This document shows, one piece after another, positions 28,901-32,000 of a stretch of DNA of 32,000 nt (positions within the stretch are counted from its first letter, which is position 1; each line of letters starts with the position of its first letter). Location: contig NZ_CP065936.1 in the NCBI RefSeq assembly GCF_003367075.2, positions 3,270,001-3,302,000 of the forward strand. Direction: 5' to 3'. The notes under the pieces were generated by a model. It worked only from the letters and a program-made list of their open reading frames with translations. It searched no databases and was not told the origin of the DNA. The position numbers were made by a program, and so were the translations under genes. This DNA is from Cylindrospermopsis raciborskii Cr2010. GTDB lineage: Bacteria; Cyanobacteriota; Cyanobacteriia; Cyanobacteriales; Nostocaceae.

Positions 28901-30379
28901 ATCCATTGTGATCTCATTGTCACGGATCACTAAATTACTACCGGAAGGACCTCCAGTCACAACCTTAGCGGTTGCCATGACAGCAGGAATCAGACCGGAT
29001 AAATTATTTGTAGAGGCTTGAGTATAAGCATTAACAAAGTTGTTAGCAGGAAAAGTATTCTTCTCTATAGTGACATTATTGAATAGGAAGGGATCATTCA
29101 CTTCACCATAAAGCTGGATACCACCGCTGTTAAACTGACCACTATTATTTTTGATATTAACAGTATCATTTCTCCCCTTGAGTTCTAACCAATAGTTACG
29201 ACCATAGCCACCACCATAACTACCACCATAGCCACCATAGCCACCGTAACCATAGCCAGTCCCGCTAAAAAATTTCCCAAATCCGTCAAAATCGGCACCA
29301 CCAGCGTGCAGTCCGTGATAGAACTTATTACCATCTATGGTAACATTGGTGAGAGATGCCAGGTATAGGTGGGCAGCACGAGGGCGCCAAAAAGTGTTAT
29401 TATTAATACTTGAATTACTGAGTCCGGCTAAGTACATAGACCCGCCCGTGCCACCACCGCCCAATAAGCCACCAATGTAGTTGGCATCAATCTGCCAACC
29501 GGTAACTTGATCGGTTGGGTTGTTGCTGTTAGCATCTCCGAAACGGGGTCCCTTATTGGCGTTATACCCGGTAACGTAGTTGTTGAGTAGTTTAAAGTTA
29601 TCTGGTGTACTAGTCCATTGCAAAGGACCGTTTTCATTTCTGAGTCGGAAACCATCAATAGTAACATTGTCTGCTGTTACAGTAACAGTGCCCTTAATCC
29701 AAGCTTCTGGGTTAGTACGGTATCCCTGATTGATATTAATACCACCAGTTAAGTTAATATCCGGTATAGTTGGTCTAATTCCTTTATTGGGACCTTCCAG
29801 TGTAACCGACTTATTTATAGTCACGTTTTCATTGTATACACCGGATAGCACCCTAATTACATCACCGTTGCTGGCAGCATCAATGGCTGCTTGAATTGTT
29901 GTATAAGTTTGACCGGGTCCAACTTCCAGAATAGCGGTGACCTGGTTATTGATGGCAACCGGAGCAATAGGATCTACTGTGAGGCTAGGATTACTGCTAC
30001 GAGCAATAAAATTAACTGTTGCCTGGCCATCAAATGTACTGGTTGTTACAAAGGGAATATTAATAAATGATTTATTAGTTACAGATGTAGTTAAATTTTG
30101 AAAGGTTAGCAGCACAAAATTCCCCGTGCTGCCATTACCATCAGCATTGTTAGTATCAGCACCTGTTATTCTGCCACCTAAGGGAACAGTACCTGTATTA
30201 TCACCAATAGTGATAGCATCTACATCAATTTGAAGTTCATTGCTAAAGTAAACCTCTATACTTGCTGAAGACACAGCCGGATCTGTAAAGTTTTCCAGTC
30301 GATAGTCGAGATTAATCTTTCCACTACGTGGTGAAATGCTCTGAATTTTCGGTGTGATTACAAGTTTTGGTGTAGACAT
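16931..30379 (-). CDS. Giant (4482 aa) multidomain cadherin-like / Calx-beta / VWD surface or extracellular protein with a DUF4114-like C-terminus
   Basis: A single uninterrupted ORF with ATG 30379 preceded by GGAG (30384-30387). Approximate nucleotide map, N to C, follows. 29945-30379: beta-rich N-terminal module with no signal peptide. 28480-29940: right-handed beta-helix (GPGQTYTTIQAAIDAASNGDVIRVLSGVYNENVTI cap) with a G/Y-rich insert at 29189-29266. 25125-28480: 11 cadherin-like domains (NEAP..D.D.G....Y.L). 24815-25125: Ig-like domain. 24030-24815: two unassigned aromatic-rich modules. 23640-24030: Calx-beta. 23000-23640: VWD with GDPH at 23600-23611. 22375-22735: Calx-beta. 21810-22375: two Ig-like domains. 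17840-21810: 13 cadherin-like domains. 17570-17840: a further cadherin/tandem-95-like domain. 16934-17570: C-terminal region ending ..NNVFGFEDLPAGVGVNDYDFNDTVFSFG (DUF4114-like). Confidence 0.93.
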   Translation of the reverse strand: MSTPKLVITPKIQSISPRSGKINLDYRLENFTDPAVSSASIEVYFSNELQIDVDAITIGDNTGTVPLGGRITGADTNNADGNGSTGNFVLLTFQNLTTSVTNKSFINIPFVTTSTFDGQATVNFIARSSNPSLTVDPIAPVAINNQVTAILEVGPGQTYTTIQAAIDAASNGDVIRVLSGVYNENVTINKSVTLEGPNKGIRPTIPDINLTGGININQGYRTNPEAWIKGTVTVTADNVTIDGFRLRNENGPLQWTSTPDNFKLLNNYVTGYNANKGPRFGDANSNNPTDQVTGWQIDANYIGGLLGGGGTGGSMYLAGLSNSSINNNTFWRPRAAHLYLASLTNVTIDGNKFYHGLHAGGADFDGFGKFFSGTGYGYGGYGGYGGSYGGGYGRNYWLELKGRNDTVNIKNNSGQFNSGGIQLYGEVNDPFLFNNVTIEKNTFPANNFVNAYTQASTNNLSGLIPAVMATAKVVTGGPSGSNLVIRDNEITMDLAQLKYTTDHKSSLEVRGNFNGVTIEDNTLTPTGTNGGVNLITGLNLYGSLPGLVSVKNNEFFGEGGTHQAASYYGIDVIPTFTDYGTYNSNLNIQNNTIRNWEVGVVLRDAAQITANSITIAGNNFSSNSRNVFDGINPTITTQVLSYPENKLQGATLGTVSASDNLPNTDNVGIRQYSISSGNESGFFSINSSSGQITLTAAGISAAANNFESLPNTFTLGITVTDGGGLTATNTVTLSVNDVNEAPADLTLSATSIAENQGIGTVVGNFSTTDPDTGNTFTYSLVTGTGSIDNSSFTIDGGQLKTAAAFDFETKNSYSIRVRSTDQGGLSFEKQLTIGVTNINETPTDLTLSATSIAENQGIGTVVGNFSTTDPDTGNTFTYSLVTGTGSIDNSSFTIVGNQLRTAAAFDFETKNSYSIRVRSTDQGGLSFEKQLTINVTNVNEAPADLTLSATSIAENQGIGTVVGNFSTTDPDTGNTFTYSLVTGTGSIDNSSFTIVGNQLRTAAAFDFETKNSYSIRVRSTDQGGLSFEKQLTINVTNVNEAPSFANGTTTFSTAENSTTVGTISAAIDPDAGDTLTYTLSGADVAKFNIDNTTRSLTFKTAPDFEAPGSAAGTNTYSVTVTAADDGGLTATQTVTVNVTNVVEVGNPPVITSSSTFSVAENSTAVGTITATDADANTLTYSISGGADQSLFTINANTGVLSFVTDPNFELPTDAGINNVYNLQIQVTDGNNPVTQDLIITVTNVNEAPADLTLSATSIAENQGIGTVVGNFSTTDPDTGNTFTYSLVTGTGSIDNSSFTIVGNQLRTAAAFDFETKNSYSIRVRSTDQGGLSFEKQLTINVTNVNEAPSFANGTTTFSTAENSTTVGTISAAIDPDAGDTLTYTLSGADVAKFNIDNTTRSLTFKTAPDFEAPGSAAGTNTYSVTVTAADDGGLTATQTVTVNVTNVVEVGNPPVITSSSTFSVAENSTAVGTITATDADANTLTYSISGGADQSLFTINANTGVLSFVTDPNFELPTDAGINNVYNLQIQVTDGNNPVTQDLIITVTNVNEAPTDLTLSATSIAENQGIGTVVGNFSTTDPDAGNTFTYSLVTGTGSIDNSSFTIVGNQLRTAAAFNFEAKNSYSIRVRSTDQGGLSFEKQLTINVTNVNEAPSFANTTATFSTAENRTTVGIITATDPDAGDTLTYNLSGADADKFNIDNTTRSLTFKTAPDFEAPGSAAGNNTYSVTVTATDGGGLTATQAVTVNVTDVDDTPPDAPQIINFRDDVAPVTGTFGNGITTDDLTPTLNIKAEAGSSVRVFRNGLTYGDATAANTPGDYTFTTANLAPGTYDFTAQATDAAGNVSSLSNPFTLTVGLPGYQRYNFTYRYGNGDSYSGYVYAPVGTYTQGQNIPVSNTNETGQTGSYTIDSFGEITTNISFNNLVYLTSYNDADTGFGPTTNIWPPQGTVSGFSGLGSEYGFAYDPNFFSSDPYFSNFFEADIRSNNVFFEFTYYYGEDTNNDYYKGYGYASRDYINAPGRYLAINSKPNDTGKTGYYQVTSVQNSFDFGLRNINTYIWVNEYFDIQTDQDGIGTGGYGKANYIWSYGGNRGLGSEEGYAYNLGFEGGDNQFNHINSADIATTKTFLSIRNPGNAWLQTRFEGNQGTPTNYTFEVVRQGNLNSALSVNWNTQSFFFPNADGNDFVGSTFPSGTVNFAPGQSTAPLTISVQGDNTREFAEWFQAVINNPDPASISLSQNSAQARILNDDGLFWGWGFGDPHLVTLDGLAYDFMAVGEFVLVETTPGSDNPFQVQVRYEPYPGSEVVSITTRMAVKLGERRIELQLGSDQLLVDGVIVSIDPADINGDGNIDPAEGGVDINGDGNFDIQRRAITNGNEYTITLNDLGEQVRVEIYDAFMDVNVLVAESPTGSTRGFRGLLGNRNNDRTDDLTGRDGTLYSQPVRFENLYGAFANSWRLDAVGTNNGKDSLFSYGVGERFGGFDRSNFPQGVIDLNQVPADLLTAARTAAEGITDPVLQNAAIYDYLLTGERSFIQGAQASPDEPEGKTAPAEAPVITSVGVGATPLSITEGNSASQDVTFRVWRTNPSGNLTVDYRLEGSINADDLSPGTPLSGLINFADGETEKLVKVTVLGDTLIETDEQLVMRIETPNIGSVMVAAGQAATTIISDDLPPVTIGVIAGNDILNAAEKAAGAVITGTATGLAQVQVTIAGQRKTVNVNGGNWTANFTPQELPGDGSYSVEAIGIAQSGSQTIAASRTLLLDTTPPNAPVINPVTGDDIINPAERSSGITITGTAEANSRVRLTFGNVTRTVTAINGQWSVNISAGELPSEGILSLLATATDTAGNTSAAIAREVRFNRAPSFANATATFSTAENSTRVEIITAATDPDAGDTLIYTLSGADGDKFNIDSSTRLLSFKTAPNFEAPGSAAGTNAYSVTVTATDGGGLTTTQAITVNVTDVPEVGNPPVITSSSTFSVAENSTAVGTITATDVELSTLNYSISGGADQSLFAIDPTTGVLRFVAAPNFEAPSDVGSDNRYNLQIQVKDSDNNTVTKDLIITVTDVNEAPSFNTPTATFSTAENTILVGSVAATDPDRGDTLTYTLSGADAGKFDIDSTTQFLSFKTAPNFEAPGSNTYSVTVIARDAAGLTTNQAVTINVIDVNEAPRFANPTATFSTAENSTRVEIITAATDPDAGDTLTYTLSGADAGKFNIDSSTRLLSFKTAPNFEVPGSTAGTNAYSVTVTATDRGGLTTTQAVTVNVTDVAEIGNPPVITSSSTFSIAENSTAVGTIIATDADGNTLTYSISGGADRSLFTINANTGALSFVNAPNFEAPGTDNIYNVQIGVTDGVNPVTQDLIITVTNVNEAPSFANLTAIFSTPENSTTVETIAAATDPDAGDTLTYTLSGADGGKFNIDSSTRLLSFKTAPNFEARGSAAGTNAYSVTVTATDGGGLTTTQAVTVNVTDVPEVGNPPVITSSSTFFVAENSTQVGTIIATDADANTLTYSISGGADQSLFTINANTGVLSFVTDPNFEVPTDAGINNVYNLQIQVTDGNNPVTQDLIITVTNVNEAPTDLTLSATSIAENQGIGTVVGNFSTTDPDAGNTFTYSLVTGTGSIDNSSFTIVGNQLRTAAAFNFEAKNSYSIRVRSTDQGGLSFEKQLTINVTNVNEAPSFANTTATFSTAENSTNVGTISPATDPDAGDILNYTLSGADATKFNFNTITRALSFKTPPNFEAPGSAAGTNTYSLTITATDVRGLNATQTVTVNVTGINEAPSFANPTATFSTAENSTTVGTIAPANDPDAGDTLTYSLSGADAGKFNIDNTTRSLTFKTPPDFEAKGSAAGTNAYSVTVTATDSGGLTATQAVTINVTNVDEIGNPPVITSSSTFSVAENSTAVGNITATDADGNTLTYSINGGADQSLFNINSTTGALSFVTAPNFEAPTDVGADNRYNLQIQVTDGNNPVTQILIIDVTNVNEAPTDLTLSATTIEENQASGTVVGNFSTTDPDAGNTFSYSLVTGTGATDNSFFTIDGGQLKTAAAFNFETKNSYSIRVRITDQGGLFFEKQLTIGVRDVNEPPVFSAVSFKVSENSKSVGRISVQNPEPEDVITFALAGVDAKLLSIDSQGNLTFNREPDFEKPEDADKNNIYQVQVTVGDGKTPVIRDIDIKVEDVNEAPTAIGDFLAIVGDTSGSIEPLKNDTDPDSADQLKIIGVTDGKQGKVEIIGNQLKYTLSDAAYIGDDVFSYTISDQGNLTATANVKVNVTGTKVVVNPDVTNVNPGDPLIPSEAGSLSGIVNNVSFNFRAGYNPTQSRDILQRTLGRTDAAFNNLFGLYEIDDATGTVNGIAPGQSGYARAALNRAVSSFAVRAGGSGNGITGNVVVGGDKFYAPFVIANGGNLFGSMQDAINTFFQLNADNSRATAENYTSFPVAYFSFGAANPDGAAHIRSFGNNVFGFEDLPAGVGVNDYDFNDTVFSFG
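19300..19960 (-). repeat. About 600-bp segment near-identical to 25360-26020 (offset exactly 6060 bp, in frame)
   Basis: 19321-19900 versus 25381-25960 shows fewer than about 10 differences by eye. The segments diverge gradually beyond 19900/25960. Confidence 0.85.
25360..26020 (-). repeat. Partner of the 19300-19960 intragenic repeat
   Basis: See the 19300-19960 entry. Confidence 0.85.
25741..27576 (-). repeat. Perfect 918-bp tandem duplication inside the giant gene (3 cadherin domains x 2)
   Basis: Reading line by line, 25741-26658 equals 26659-27576 with no differences noticed. A third, slightly diverged partial copy extends down to about 25381. Confidence 0.9.
27277..28176 (-). repeat. 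Three tandem 300-bp units (type-A cadherin domain NEAPADLTLSATSIAENQGIG..)
   Basis: Units are 27277-27576, 27577-27876 and 27877-28176. They differ at only a few positions. Confidence 0.9.
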
Positions 30380-30757
30380 AAATCTCCAGTGTATTATTTA
30401 GGGGTTATCGTAACAAATCAGCACAAGCATAACACAACTTGCCAGTCTCTAGGAATATAGTCTAAGCAAACTAATGTTTCCAAGATTATAGTGTGTACGG
30501 ACTACACATGGGTATATAAGGTTTCGGATATCATTATTGCAGCATTAACAGAACTATGGTAGCATTTCCAGAGAATGTGGTGTTAATTTTATTATTTGTT
30601 TACATTGTAAAACCACAAAATCCGCTCTTATAAACTTACCAAAACCTACCCAAACCTAGTTGAAACTGGACGAAGATAGGTTTTGGCTTTTTATGGAGAC
30701 TTAATACGGTCAGCAACCTGCCAACTTTAGGAACTTACACCCACAAAAAATCAAATT

Positions 30758-32000
30758 CTAGGTGTTAGTCCCTATTAAGTTACTTAAAGCTTGATTGAGT
30801 TCGTCGCCTGTATTATTAGGACCATTGAGTTCTGATCCAAAAGCAGATGCAACCAGCTGAAAGATTTGATTGCGGTTCGGGTTGCTCCCCAATAACAAGT
30901 ATTGGTTCATCAAGAAGATATCTCCTGGCGAAGTTGTTGAATTTCCGTCAATATCAAAGAGGCTTAACTGTGCTTCAATCCCATTGGCAAGTGTAGCTCC
31001 GGTAGTATTGGTGGATCCCACGGTTTCACTGGGGAAACGAGCGAAGGTAGTTTCTAAGATGGAGTTACGGTTAGGATTATTCCGTTCTGCTAAAAACTGG
31101 TTAATTAGGAATGCATCGGATCCAGTAAAGACCCCGTTACCATCAATGTCCCCTATAGCACCATCAGCTATGGTTACAGTAGCTCCGGTGGTAGCACCCA
31201 GGTCATAGGTAACTCCATCTGTGAGACTGAGAATAACGATTTGATTACCTTCTACAACAGCATCATTTATCGGCAAGACATCAACAACCGCTGTAGTTTG
31301 TCCACCAGCAATTGTGACTGTGCCAGGTAGAAGTGTGTAATCTTCCCCACCAATAGCTGTCCCACTGACCGTGTAGTTGACGGCAATTCCTCCTACTGGA
31401 GCCGCTTCTGACAAGGTAAATGTGAATTTACCATTGTTGACTCTAGGTGTTTGAATTTCAGCAGCATAGGGATCTGTAGCAGCAATTGTTACGGTGGGTA
31501 CATCATTGGGGATATCAGTGACGTTAATAGTAACGTTTACAGGAGAAGAGGTGTTGTTGGCAGCATCACTAGCAGTTATTCCCAGTGTAAACGTATTTGG
31601 AGTAGTCTCAAAGTCATTGGATGCGGCTGATGCAGCTGTACCTGCTGCGGTGAGGGTAATTACTCCACTGTTACTAATGGCAAAGAACCCGGAATTATTT
31701 CCAGATGCGATCGCAAAACTTGTAACTCCTACTGCATCGGTAGCTGTGACCGTTCCCACTTGGAAGTTAGCCGTTTTTCCTTCTGCATAGGAGAACGTTT
31801 GGTTGGCGTTTACAACGGGGGCGGTGTCATCCACATCGGTGACGTTGATGGTCACGTTTACAGGAGCAGAGGTGTTGTTGGCAGCATCACTAGCAGTTAT
31901 TCCCAGTGTAAACGTATTTGGAGTAGTCTCAAAGTCATTGGACGCGGCTGATGCAGCTGCACCTGCTGCTGTGAGGGTAATTACTCCACTGTTACTAATG
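30758..32000 (-). CDS. Cadherin-like / Calx-beta repeat protein with a dockerin-like C-terminal pair of Ca-binding segments (3' part; the gene continues beyond the right window edge)
   Basis: The ORF-track start at 31855 is an internal GTG. The same frame stays open to base 31999 and repeats the domain (31534-31680 is nearly identical to 31855-32000, a 321-bp period). Domains seen: cadherin-like ([31 protein letters not shown]), Calx-beta (about 31165-31500; ..[29 protein letters not shown]..), and two segments [20 protein letters not shown] and [21 protein letters not shown] (30895-31160). TAG stop at 30758-30760. Confidence 0.85.
   Translation of the reverse strand, partial: ISNSGVITLTAAGAAASAASNDFETTPNTFTLGITASDAANNTSAPVNVTINVTDVDDTAPVVNANQTFSYAEGKTANFQVGTVTATDAVGVTSFAIASGNNSGFFAISNSGVITLTAAGTAASAASNDFETTPNTFTLGITASDAANNTSSPVNVTINVTDIPNDVPTVTIAATDPYAAEIQTPRVNNGKFTFTLSEAAPVGGIAVNYTVSGTAIGGEDYTLLPGTVTIAGGQTTAVVDVLPINDAVVEGNQIVILSLTDGVTYDLGATTGATVTIADGAIGDIDGNGVFTGSDAFLINQFLAERNNPNRNSILETTFARFPSETVGSTNTTGATLANGIEAQLSLFDIDGNSTTSPGDIFLMNQYLLLGSNPNRNQIFQLVASAFGSELNGPNNTGDELNQALSNLIGTNT

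Noticed and set aside
16931-30379. An RTX/T1SS-type adhesin assignment for the giant protein.
   Set aside because: I could not find tandem GGxGxD nonapeptide repeats near the C-terminus. The C-terminus instead looks DUF4114-like, and the export route is left open.
30639-30696. A stem-loop CCAAAACCTA-(28 nt)-TAGGTTTTGG followed by CTTTTTAT in the 378-bp gap between the two large minus-strand genes.
   Set aside because: The T-run is on the plus strand, where no gene is upstream. On the minus strand the stem is followed by TAAGTTTATAAG only, and the loop is long. It was kept as a note and not called as a terminator.

Overview
The window looks like the chromosome of an AT-rich, probably filamentous (Nostocales-like) cyanobacterium. 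Support for this: Uma2 genes, two HIP1 octamers GCGATCGC (21828-21835 and 31707-31714), and GTTGGGTT..AACCCAAC-type hairpin repeats.

Left half (1-15516): a head-to-tail tandem array of at least 11 near-identical cassettes that runs off the left edge. Each cassette holds one Uma2-family (DUF820, PD-(D/E)xK) endonuclease gene and a hairpin-rich spacer of 294 or ~534 bp. Each gene ends in a variable number (3-12) of 42-bp units encoding an E/R/K-rich 14-aa helical repeat. Six full-length copies and the edge-truncated copy are intact. Four consecutive copies (2628-8363) are frame-disrupted, mostly by 1-nt homopolymer contractions, so they may be pseudogenes or consensus errors. The array ends abruptly inside a spacer module at 15516, next to a 32-codon stub of a Rossmann-type oxidoreductase.

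Right half, all on the minus strand:
- An alpha/beta hydrolase gene (15861-16772).
- A 4482-aa giant surface-type protein (16931-30379). Domains: beta-helix, 24 cadherin-like domains, Ig-like domains, two Calx-beta, a VWD domain with a GDPH motif, and a DUF4114-like C-terminus.
- The 3' part of a second cadherin/Calx-beta protein with a dockerin-like tail (30758 to beyond 32000).

The giant gene contains perfect internal DNA duplications. The Uma2 cassette array with its length-graded helical tract is the most unusual element. All family assignments are by eye from motifs; no searches were run.
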